Below, in pieces: positions 17,467-25,118 of a stretch of DNA of 25,118 nucleotides. Each line of letters opens with the position of its first letter. The stretch's first letter is position 1. This DNA comes from a virus (taxonomy: Duplodnaviria > Caudoviricetes), in the IMG/VR virus record IMGVR_UViG_3300025300_000090, positions 1-25,118 of that record, one strand, 5' to 3'. The notes below the pieces were generated by a model. It saw only the letters and a program-made list of their open reading frames with translations, was not told where the DNA came from and did not search any database. The translations under genes and the position numbers were made by a program.

Positions 17467-17857
17467 TACAATGTTCCTTTTTGAGTTTAACTATACGGGC
17501 TTGACCGAGTGCCTTTATAGCCCATAACGTACTGACCACCCCCGATGCCACAATGATCGGAAGTGCAATAAAATGAAAATACTCTTGTAATAAAGCGTTA
17601 ATAAAAATTAGCCCTACCCCTCCAAGGACAGGATACCAGCCTTTACGCCCCGCTGAAACACAGAGTAAAACGAAACCACCTAGTATTGAAATGCCTCCTA
17701 CGAAACTCAGCATTGCCAAGCCTCCTCCAGCACTTTGGACTTCTCCGGCGATGGAAGACACTTTGTCAGTCATGGTTGGAGGGTTCCACATCCGATCTAC
17801 TGTGGCACATCCTGCCAATAGGAAGATCGTAGCCATCAGTATGTATTTGTTATTCAT
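17459..17857 (-). CDS. Putative membrane lipoprotein with ~3 transmembrane helices
   Basis: 132 aa; signal peptide with lipobox LAGC (Cys17), ~30-aa polar linker, three hydrophobic segments, basic tail; TAATG coupling to the scaffold stop. Confidence 0.8.
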   Translation of the reverse strand: MNNKYILMATIFLLAGCATVDRMWNPPTMTDKVSSIAGEVQSAGGGLAMLSFVGGISILGGFVLLCVSAGRKGWYPVLGGVGLIFINALLQEYFHFIALPIIVASGVVSTLWAIKALGQARIVKLKKEHCNG

Positions 17858-18663
17858 TAGAGGATATTTGAATGCGAGAGTCGCGTCTCGATGTCCTTAC
17901 GGTATGCAGGGTCTTTAATATACCGAGGGTCTTTCATAGCCGCAGTCAACTGAGCGACCGATTGGAACGCACCGCTGGCTCCTTGAGTACCTGTGTCTCC
18001 TTGGATCAAAGACCCCTGAGTAGACATCGGTTCTTCAGCAGTCCACCGACTAGCGAGGCTACGAATAGCAAACATCATCTGTTCTGGTGTTCCACTCATT
18101 ACTGCTTCATTAAAGACTGCTTGATCGTTCTCTGAGAGGTTTCCCTTAGCCCACTCAACCATGGACGCATAGTTACCCTCTCCGCCTACCTCTGCGTAAA
18201 CAGAGTTAAGATGGTTGCTCAATAGAGCCTGCTGGCCTTCAATATAGCCATCAATCATTTCTCTAGGGAGTCCCATTTTTACCAGTTCATCACGAGAAGC
18301 GTCAGAGATTTCTCCACTACTCCCAAACTCCTCGCTGTACTTATTAAAAGTCTCTAGAGTAAATTCAGTAGGCGTTGCAGCCTCTTCTTCTTCTCCGCCC
18401 TCCCCCTGCTTCTTCTTTGTATATTCTGTTTCTAAGTCAGAGTATGCTTTAGCCATCGCTTCGGGGGACTCAAACTTCTCAGGAAGCCACTCAGGACGTT
18501 CTTCAGCCGTAATCTGAGCCTCTCGTTGAGCCTCTTCTTCAAGTTTAGCCTGTTGAGCAGCCTCTTGATCTGCTGCTTCTTGTTCTAGACCTTGAAGGTC
18601 TGCTTCAGAAAAGGCAGCATCTCCAGCGTCTTCGTGAGTTTCCACTTTTTGATAATCAGCCAT
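17857..18663 (-). CDS. gp9: Capsid assembly scaffolding protein
   Basis: 268 aa acidic; ERPEWLPEKF...AKAYSDLE, VGGEGNY..MVEWA, AMKDPRY.KDPAYR motifs. Confidence 0.95.
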   Translation of the reverse strand: MADYQKVETHEDAGDAAFSEADLQGLEQEAADQEAAQQAKLEEEAQREAQITAEERPEWLPEKFESPEAMAKAYSDLETEYTKKKQGEGGEEEEAATPTEFTLETFNKYSEEFGSSGEISDASRDELVKMGLPREMIDGYIEGQQALLSNHLNSVYAEVGGEGNYASMVEWAKGNLSENDQAVFNEAVMSGTPEQMMFAIRSLASRWTAEEPMSTQGSLIQGDTGTQGASGAFQSVAQLTAAMKDPRYIKDPAYRKDIETRLSHSNIL

Positions 18664-20185
18664 TTACGTTCTCCATTTGTTTCGACATTGCATTCACAGC
18701 GTTAGGTCCTAGAGATTCAGTCATTTGTGCCATCTGTTGCTGTTGCATGGCAGCAGCGATCTCTTGCTCTGATTTAACAAGACCATCAGTGTCTATTCCC
18801 AGTGCGTAGGCACGACGCGACATGTACTCTCTAATATCAATATATTGAGATAATACCTCAGGACCAAGAACTTGCGCTATGCCAGCCAAATAAATATCAA
18901 GGCGATTTAAGTCGTTCCCGCGTCCTAGTGCTTCTATTCCTGTGATTATTGTAGGAGTAATCTTATCCCTTGGGATTTTGGGGAGATTCTTGTCCTTCTG
19001 CATCCTATCCATAATTCTATTGACCAGAGGGAGTTGGAACTCCTGAGATAAGACGCTGTATATTCCGCCAAGTTGTCTCTCAATAGACTGTGTTACTAGC
19101 CTTACTTCTTCTGCGGTAACGCGATCCGCATTACGAATAGTTGATTCTGTAAGGAGGAATGCATATGATAAACGCTCTTGAATCTGCTGCATCGCATTGA
19201 GTGCGACACCGAAATCATTTGCCTTCTGAGTTTGCAATACACTGACATCTGCGGCCGATCCTTCCCTTATTGCGCCATTGGGACTCTCTGCAAGAGTCTT
19301 GGCTCGTGTAGTACCATTTGGATTCACTAGGAACAATACCTTAGAAGAAGCCGCTGCTCCTTCTACGATGGCCTTGGTTAGCCCCTCCAACGACGATAGG
19401 TCGCCAAAGTATTGTTCAACATAGCCTCTCCCGTAATCCTCCCCATCCACCCGCATCATTCTAAGAGCGATGAAGGGGGAGTGACCTTTAGGGAACTTTT
19501 GTATAGTCTCTTCGATGATCTTGCCTTGCACCTCTTGTACAACCTGGACTTTCCCGTCATCAAGGATTTCTTGTTTCGTGTAGATATCACAGTGATCTTC
19601 ATACTCAGCCAGTTGAGATTCCACATACTGCCTAATACTGGGAGGAAGCATAGCCGGAGCCACCGTTTCTTTCAATATGATGCACCTAGCGTTACCCATA
19701 GGGTCTCTCTTAACAATAAAGCGATCAAGGTGGATCACTCGCATAGGACCCTTGTCTGGCAAGTATAAAAGGGCATTGCCTGTCACGACAAGGTGTCGCA
19801 GGGCCTCAAAGGTCGCTACGCGAATGTTATTTGCTTCAATTTCTCTAGAGACTGCACGTTCAATGTCAGCCAGAGATGTCTCTACCTCAGTCTTTATTTT
19901 TGGGTCTATGGATTCTAATTTCTTCATCTCTTTCTCATCGAGAACAAGTCTGAAGAATGGGGCATTTGGAGGCAGTAAACTCAGCAGAAGGGCTGAGGAT
20001 AAATTATTAACTCCTCGCGCGCCCACACTTTGCCAAGGCGTAGGAAATTTTCTAGCCCCGTTCCCGTCATCAGGTAGAATCGTGGGGACTGTGAGTCTTG
20101 AGGAATCTCTCCCTCTCTCTAAGAATGACGATCTTTGGGATTCGCACTTAGAATATAGACTTGCTATAGAACCTTCACCATGCAT
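18656..20185 (-). CDS. gp8: Portal (head-to-tail connector)
   Basis: 509 aa; WQSVGARGVNNL, LLPPNAPFFRL, GEDYGRG, RVTAEEVR, LGGIYS, GIEALGRG motifs. Confidence 0.97.
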   Translation of the reverse strand: MHGEGSIASLYSKCESQRSSFLERGRDSSRLTVPTILPDDGNGARKFPTPWQSVGARGVNNLSSALLLSLLPPNAPFFRLVLDEKEMKKLESIDPKIKTEVETSLADIERAVSREIEANNIRVATFEALRHLVVTGNALLYLPDKGPMRVIHLDRFIVKRDPMGNARCIILKETVAPAMLPPSIRQYVESQLAEYEDHCDIYTKQEILDDGKVQVVQEVQGKIIEETIQKFPKGHSPFIALRMMRVDGEDYGRGYVEQYFGDLSSLEGLTKAIVEGAAASSKVLFLVNPNGTTRAKTLAESPNGAIREGSAADVSVLQTQKANDFGVALNAMQQIQERLSYAFLLTESTIRNADRVTAEEVRLVTQSIERQLGGIYSVLSQEFQLPLVNRIMDRMQKDKNLPKIPRDKITPTIITGIEALGRGNDLNRLDIYLAGIAQVLGPEVLSQYIDIREYMSRRAYALGIDTDGLVKSEQEIAAAMQQQQMAQMTESLGPNAVNAMSKQMENVNG

Positions 20186-20433
20186 TAGACATTAACCGAG
20201 CCTGTGGACCCGCCTCCTAGTGGTATTGTGTACTTCGCCTTGCCTGACTTAAACCCCGAAGCAGCCCTTCGCTTCTGTGCGGCGGTTTTAGCCCTCTTTT
20301 GAGGGTTCTTTTCGGGCGGCATCTGTGGTAATGAGGGAGGTGCGGACACCGTAACAGGAGCCGGGGGTGGAGGCGGTGGCACAGGAGCCGGAGGAGGCAC
20401 TACCTGAGCCACAGGCGCACTAGGAAAACACAT
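20185..20433 (-). CDS. Small Pro-rich virion protein (gp6.7-like)
   Basis: 82 aa; MCF start, poly-Pro segment, basic segment, Gly-rich end; immediately before the portal with TAATG coupling; RBS AAGGAG. Confidence 0.75.
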   Translation of the reverse strand: MCFPSAPVAQVVPPPAPVPPPPPPAPVTVSAPPSLPQMPPEKNPQKRAKTAAQKRRAASGFKSGKAKYTIPLGGGSTGSVNV

Positions 20434-20438
20434 AGTAA

Positions 20439-20639
20439 TTACTCCTTGTTGTCTAGGATATTATCATTCTGCTCGTTGAATATCTGATTCAAGAACCTAA
20501 TAACTGATCGCTGCCCAGAAACAAACCAGACAGTCTTTTCGTCCCATTCAATATCGGGACATCTCTCAGGCCATCTTCTGTTTAGTTCTACCAATAATGC
20601 TTCCGATATTGCTGGAAATTGTAAATCTTTGTTTTTCAT
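20439..20639 (-). CDS. Hypothetical protein, T7 gp6.5-like
   Basis: 66 aa; PAISEALLVELNRRWP...GQRSVIRFL pattern and position after the exonuclease. Confidence 0.75.
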   Translation of the reverse strand: MKNKDLQFPAISEALLVELNRRWPERCPDIEWDEKTVWFVSGQRSVIRFLNQIFNEQNDNILDNKE

Positions 20640-20696
20640 TCCGTATAGTCATCCTTATATTCGACCAAATAAACGTAAAGTGCTGTCAGCACACAA

Positions 20697-21440
20697 TTAA
20701 GAGGGGTTCCACAACTTAACCTCTTCTTTTTTCATATCAAACTCCCCCCACCGAAGTATCCTAGCGACCCTAGCCTGAACCAGGGCATCCTCTTCCTCTA
20801 TACCTGCTTTTCTATACGCCTCAACTACGGCTTCCCAACTAGGGGTATTGAGAATTTTAGCCCCTGTCTTAGGTCCAATTCCGGGGCATCCTGAGTAGCC
20901 ATCTACTGCGTCTCCCATCAAAGCCTGTAGGAGATGGTTGTAGTCCGCTTCCTCATCGGTGATCTCCACAACCCCCTCAGTATCCCTGTTGGGATTGTAG
21001 TGAAACCCCGGAACAGTCTTTAGGTCTTTGTCTATAGTAACTATAACCTTCTGACCTTTAATTTTACCCAAACCCGGAGAGCCTGCCAGTAAACCCAGCA
21101 CATCATCGGCCTCTAGCGTATTCACCTCAAATGAGCGATAGGTTCTCTTACAGTAGTCCTTAAGTTGAGGAAATATGAGAGGTTTTCTTTTTCTCTTTCT
21201 ATTATGTTTATATGAGGGAAGAATAGTCTTCCTCCAGTTCTGCGGACTAGATAGTGCAACGATTACCTTATCGGCTTCTAATCTCTCTTTAGCATCCGCG
21301 ATCCAGCAGTCGAATCTCTGTGTTGCTTCCCTGAGGTCTGAATGAAGCGTCCAGAAGTCGTCTCCCCAGTCTACGGCTACTTCACAGACATTGGTTACTT
21401 CATAAAGAGCAATATCACCATCAATTAGTAAAGTTCTCAT
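20697..21440 (-). CDS. gp6: 5'-3' exonuclease
   Basis: 247 aa; LLIDGD, NWRK..LPSYK.NR, LEADDVLG, DKDL, GDAVDGYSGCPGIG motifs. Confidence 0.95.
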   Translation of the reverse strand: MRTLLIDGDIALYEVTNVCEVAVDWGDDFWTLHSDLREATQRFDCWIADAKERLEADKVIVALSSPQNWRKTILPSYKHNRKRKRKPLIFPQLKDYCKRTYRSFEVNTLEADDVLGLLAGSPGLGKIKGQKVIVTIDKDLKTVPGFHYNPNRDTEGVVEITDEEADYNHLLQALMGDAVDGYSGCPGIGPKTGAKILNTPSWEAVVEAYRKAGIEEEDALVQARVARILRWGEFDMKKEEVKLWNPS

Positions 21441-21639
21441 CTTCAGTGCCTCCTGCTTGTATTGCTAATTTACCTAACTCAATAAGTCCTACACATGCGT
21501 GGTAAGAGCCTGAGAACGAGATGGTTAAGTCTTCGATCTGGCTAGTCCTCTTAGAAGCCGCTAGGAACACCATCTCATCAAACCGACCCTGAATCTCTCT
21601 GAGCATATCTTCAGTTGGAACAAAAGTAAGGTCCTTCAC
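21421..21639 (-). CDS. Hypothetical protein
   Basis: 72 aa; GTG start overlaps the endonuclease stop (GTGA); fills the gap to the exonuclease. Confidence 0.7.
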   Translation of the reverse strand: MKDLTFVPTEDMLREIQGRFDEMVFLAASKRTSQIEDLTISFSGSYHACVGLIELGKLAIQAGGTEDENFTN

Positions 21640-22013
21640 AGCGATGTTCTCTTGATGCTTCGCATCCGCTTCTTTATGGAGTCTCTCATAGCAGAATGAG
21701 GAGGATACTTGTATATCTTGGTTAATAACTCAGCCTGCTCTCCCTTATCCCTGAGATATTCTTGTATACTATTGCATATAGACACAGCAAGAGAGCCACT
21801 TACTCTCCACCTGAAAACAGAGCGTCCTTTGCAAGTCTTTCTGTTCAGCATTCCACACGCACCCCCTAGTATCCTGTGAATCTCTTCAATAACAGATCGA
21901 CAAGTTGAATCTACTGCTATGCGAGGACCATTGTCCACTGTAAAGCACCCCTCTCCGTCGATCAGCCCGGCTACCCACGCTGCATCAGTGGGTTTCAGCC
22001 CAGTTAGTTCCAA
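21636..22013 (-). CDS. Single-motif LAGLIDADG homing endonuclease, free-standing
   Basis: AAWVAGLIDGEGCF motif, then FRWRVSG and IQEYLRDKGEQAELL. The track starts at 22100; TTG at 22013 with GGAGAG 7 nt upstream is the more plausible start (125 aa). Confidence 0.85.
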   Translation of the reverse strand: MELTGLKPTDAAWVAGLIDGEGCFTVDNGPRIAVDSTCRSVIEEIHRILGGACGMLNRKTCKGRSVFRWRVSGSLAVSICNSIQEYLRDKGEQAELLTKIYKYPPHSAMRDSIKKRMRSIKRTSL

Positions 22014-23802
22014 TTTTGTACTCTCCATCGAGGGGGCAGCGGAATCCGAGGGCTTTCCCTGCTTCTTGTATTGCTTGCACTGCGAGTTGTCCGACTTCAT
22101 CTGCTATTTCCATCCGTACCTGTAGTTGAATCTCGTCGTGTATATGTCCAACCTGCATGACATCTTCAGTTGTCCACCCTCTGGCTTTAAGGCTCCCGTG
22201 TAAAATACAAGTAGCCTCTTTCATTGCGATGGCTCCTGCTGATTGTAGCAGAGTATTAAACGCACTATGGGGTGATCTAATTTTTAATTTTCTACCATCT
22301 ACTCCAGTCAGATACTCTTGGTGCTTAAGTCTGTGCTGTATACCGTTTTGTATCTTCTTAATAGCCGGAGTCTTCTTGAAGAATTTATTCTTTAAGGCAC
22401 GACCCTCGTTTCTACCGCCATCAACCAGAGTGCCTATTTTGGCATCTCCAGCACCATAGCAAATGGCGTATATCAGAGTTTTTGCCTCATCTCTAGAAGA
22501 GAGACCCGCCGCCTCTTGGTTCGCTGTGTGAATATCTCCGTGGAGTATTTCTTCGGTATACTTACCCTCATCAAAAGGGAAGGTGTAATGAGCCAAGCAC
22601 CTCAGTTCCAAACCACTAGCATCCACGCCTACTAGAACGTATCCTTCAGGTGCTGTGAATAGACTGCGACACTCTTTGCCCCACATAGCACCAACTCTGG
22701 GAACCTGAGCCATATTTGGGTGACTATGAGTGCATCGAGATGTCACTGCGCCGCAGGAATTTACTCTCCCATGGATTCTTCCATCTACCTCTACCTTGAG
22801 CCATGCCCTCCTACCATCTGATATTTGACCCAGTCTCTTTACAAGAGTGAGATACCGAATCAATAACTTTGCCTCTGGATATTCAAGAACATCAAGAATA
22901 GATTCATCAACTTTTGGGCGACCTTCTCCTGTGAAACTAGAAGGCTTCCACCCATACTTACCCATCAACCCCTTAGCAATCTGGTCTCTAGAGGAGGGGT
23001 TAAAGGGTATCTTCTTCACACGTAACTCACCATTCAACAGCCTTGGTCGTATCTTCAGAGGAGCATCACCCTTTTTCCTATACCTCTCCTTGGAGATAGG
23101 GTCTTCGTAATATGCGGGAGTCTTCATCTTGATTGTCTGTGATGGAAATTCTTTTTGTAGTGTTCTTTGTAGTTCGTCTTTTTCTGCCAAGAGGACCGAG
23201 TGTAAATCCTTAGCGGCGTTTACGTCGAAAGCGAATCCGTTTCTCTCTTGTTGAGAGATTATTCCCGCGAATTCGTGTTCGACTTTCGTGGGGCGGACTG
23301 GGGGTCCCTCCTCTTGTATCTTATTCCATAGTGCCTGAGTCACCTTTACGTCTTGATTACAATACTTAGCCATTTCAGGAGTGAACACTTCCCAGTCAGT
23401 GTCTTCACCAAAGTCTCCTTTGTGGATGCCAAGACGAACACCCCAAGACTTTAGGGATTGTCTTCCAATGAGATGTCGTGGGAAGTGGGGAATTTGCCAG
23501 TCTTCATTTTGTACGTCAGGCCATAGCATCCTGCACATTATCAGTGTGTCTCTAACACAGCCCTCTGGTTTCCAGTCAGGGTAGAGACGCTGTATGGCTC
23601 TTATATCAAAATCTTGAATGTTATGTCCAACGATAACATCAGCAACCCGCAGCCTCTCCAGTGCCTCTTCAATTTCCACAATCTCCGGCTCACCATCTAG
23701 AGTCGCTATAGATATGCAATGAATAGTCTTCAGTCCTAGCAGTGTAGAGAAGTTGGAGATCGCGTTGGTTTCTATATCAAATATTAAAGTCGTCATAATC
23801 AT
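21985..23802 (-). CDS. gp5: DNA polymerase, family A (T7 gp5-like)
   Basis: 605 aa; exo motifs FDIET, GHNIQDFD, YCNQDV; pol motifs DASGLELR, KTLIYAICYGAG, HDEIQ; ends NWAETH. Confidence 0.98.
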   Translation of the reverse strand: MIMTTLIFDIETNAISNFSTLLGLKTIHCISIATLDGEPEIVEIEEALERLRVADVIVGHNIQDFDIRAIQRLYPDWKPEGCVRDTLIMCRMLWPDVQNEDWQIPHFPRHLIGRQSLKSWGVRLGIHKGDFGEDTDWEVFTPEMAKYCNQDVKVTQALWNKIQEEGPPVRPTKVEHEFAGIISQQERNGFAFDVNAAKDLHSVLLAEKDELQRTLQKEFPSQTIKMKTPAYYEDPISKERYRKKGDAPLKIRPRLLNGELRVKKIPFNPSSRDQIAKGLMGKYGWKPSSFTGEGRPKVDESILDVLEYPEAKLLIRYLTLVKRLGQISDGRRAWLKVEVDGRIHGRVNSCGAVTSRCTHSHPNMAQVPRVGAMWGKECRSLFTAPEGYVLVGVDASGLELRCLAHYTFPFDEGKYTEEILHGDIHTANQEAAGLSSRDEAKTLIYAICYGAGDAKIGTLVDGGRNEGRALKNKFFKKTPAIKKIQNGIQHRLKHQEYLTGVDGRKLKIRSPHSAFNTLLQSAGAIAMKEATCILHGSLKARGWTTEDVMQVGHIHDEIQLQVRMEIADEVGQLAVQAIQEAGKALGFRCPLDGEYKIGTNWAETH

Positions 23803-24010
23803 CTTCTTTCAGTGTAAGGAACGCGGGTGTAAACTCCCCCACATAAGCACCAATCACGTTATATTCAAAAAACTCTTCTGCCTCATCGAGAGGCATGTCT
23901 CTAGCAAGAATCTTAATACACATCGCCCGATCATACACAGCAAACTCTTTATTAAACTGTTGAGCATGTCCAAGCAGGGCTTCTTCAAAACCATCAGCGT
24001 GTAGTATCAT
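23777..24010 (-). CDS. Hypothetical acidic phage protein
   Basis: 77 aa; ADGFEEALLG...AVYD...EAEEFFEYNVIGAYVGEFTP, a pattern I recall from uncharacterised aquatic-phage proteins; overlaps both neighbours. Confidence 0.75.
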   Translation of the reverse strand: MILHADGFEEALLGHAQQFNKEFAVYDRAMCIKILARDMPLDEAEEFFEYNVIGAYVGEFTPAFLTLKEDDYDDFNI

Positions 24011-24194
24011 CTTCTATGTCTATTCCTTGCTCTATGAGCCAGTCTTTTATAACAGGGTCCTTTATGAGTAATCTTCGTAACTTTCGGAGCAGGCGATCAT
24101 ATGATCCTTGGATGGACTGACGGCAGACATTAGTACCCTGAGATTTGTTAATCTCACGAGTAATCTCTTCCCATGTCATCCTCTTTCGCATCAT
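23994..24194 (-). CDS. Small HTH protein resembling sigma70 region 4
   Basis: 66 aa; MTWEEI...CRQSIQGSYDRLLRKLRR resembles the region 4.2 pattern (TLEEI...RERVRQIE..ALRKLR); ATGA overlap with the helicase stop. Confidence 0.6.
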   Translation of the reverse strand: MMRKRMTWEEITREINKSQGTNVCRQSIQGSYDRLLRKLRRLLIKDPVIKDWLIEQGIDIEDDTTR

Positions 24195-25117
24195 TCAATT
24201 CCATCAAGATCAATCAGATTGGGCGGCGTCCATTCGTTAAGTCTTCCAGTAGACTCGTCGTATTCTAGCGTTGTGGCTACGCCTGTGTTGCCTGCGTACC
24301 TATTTTTTAGCACACGTAGTGTCAGAAGGTTTGAGTCACTGTCGTCCTGCTGATTTCTCTCGCATCCAATAACCGCATCACTAAGTTGGGCTATTGCGTG
24401 GCTTCCCCTAAGTTGGGCTAGACTGGTAAAGCCGCCTTCTTCATGGCTCCTTCCATCGGGTCTCTTCAAGTGAGACACCAATACAAGGTGTACGCCTGTC
24501 TCCTCCACTAGAGATCGCAGTCTCGTCATAGTTGAATCAATCATACGCCTCTCGTCACCAGTTTCCAAAGCACTAACTACAATAGACAAGTGGTCGAGGA
24601 AGATGTAATCGCACTCCATAGCACGAGCCATGTACCTCACTCTATTGAGCAGATTGGCGGGATCAATAGAACCCCAGTGATCGTACAGCACTAGGTTTCC
24701 TGTGCCGAGAGTATTATCAAAGGCGGACTTCTTCTGCCCCATATCCACATCCTGCGAATCCCACAAGTGTGTAGGCTTGTTCATCCAAAGACCCATGATA
24801 TGCTCTGCGGTCTTCTGTACGCTCTCCTCTAGTGCAATATAGCCTACCTTCTGTCCAACATCCATAAGGTATAGAGCAAGTTCTCTAGCAACACTAGACT
24901 TGCCAATGCCAGTTCCTGCTGTCAGAGTGAGAAGTTCGCCGCCCCTCATTCCAAACAACTTATCATTTAGACCAGACCAAGGGTACGGAATAGACTTCTT
25001 CTTCTCAGTATTAGCAATCAACTCCCAAAGTTCTTGTCCGGGGATTACTCCATCAGGTCTAAAACTCTTGGCTCCATATACCGCATCAATAAGGTCCTTC
25101 ACTCTACCTTGCTGAAG
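24191..25117 (-). CDS. gp4: Primase/helicase, C-terminal DnaB-like (SF4) helicase domain; 5'-truncated by window edge
   Basis: Walker A AGTGIGKS, YIALEES, IFLDHLS, LVSHLKRP, LRGSHAIAQLSD, LKNRYAG. The frame stays open upstream of 25102 (LQQGRVKDLI...), so the track start is internal. Confidence 0.96.
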   Translation of the reverse strand, partial: LQQGRVKDLIDAVYGAKSFRPDGVIPGQELWELIANTEKKKSIPYPWSGLNDKLFGMRGGELLTLTAGTGIGKSSVARELALYLMDVGQKVGYIALEESVQKTAEHIMGLWMNKPTHLWDSQDVDMGQKKSAFDNTLGTGNLVLYDHWGSIDPANLLNRVRYMARAMECDYIFLDHLSIVVSALETGDERRMIDSTMTRLRSLVEETGVHLVLVSHLKRPDGRSHEEGGFTSLAQLRGSHAIAQLSDAVIGCERNQQDDSDSNLLTLRVLKNRYAGNTGVATTLEYDESTGRLNEWTPPNLIDLDGIE

Positions 25118-25118
25118 G

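Noticed and set aside
11200-20659. Recurring TATAAGG before gp15, gp10 and the gp6.5-like gene as a phage promoter
   Set aside because: Sits a short distance upstream of start codons and is explained by the Shine-Dalgarno TAAGG(A); no longer shared consensus.
21636-22100. Group I intron or intein associated with the LAGLIDADG ORF; ATG start at 22100
   Set aside because: The polymerase is complete to NWAETH, there is no non-coding space for a ribozyme, no intein C-terminal HN motif, and 22100 needs a 116-nt overlap with a poor RBS.
193-25115. All plus-strand ORFs in the track (e.g. 10103..10690, 19677..20195)
   Set aside because: They lie antisense to long, recognisable minus-strand genes and show no protein motifs; shadow ORFs.

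Overview
About 25 kb of a T7-like podovirus genome (Autographiviridae-type gene order), with every real gene on the minus strand. In transcription order (right to left): C-terminal part of the primase/helicase (cut by the window edge), two small ORFs, family A DNA polymerase, a free-standing LAGLIDADG endonuclease overlapping the polymerase 3' end, a small ORF, 5'-3' exonuclease, gp6.5-like and gp6.7-like proteins, portal, scaffold, an unexpected two-gene membrane module, a structured 190-nt leader, major capsid, a UUCG terminator, tail tubular proteins A and B, gp13-gp16 internal virion proteins, and two tandem paralogous tail-fibre genes. The second fibre gene (1..1704) and a 35-aa membrane ORF (17359..17466) are missing from the ORF track and were translated by hand. 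Most notable: (1) the gp16-position ejection protein carries three helix-extension-helix-like repeats followed by an ADP-ribosyltransferase-like domain of the polyvalent-protein type, a candidate virion-injected effector; (2) two fibres share the full gp17 anchor but have different tips; (3) a lipobox plus 3-TM protein and a micro-protein sit between scaffold and capsid; (4) the capsid leader can fold into several stems; (5) a ~118-aa domain is inserted in the tail nozzle; (6) a stand-alone sigma70 region-4-like protein. All family calls are by-eye motif and synteny recognition; no searches were run.
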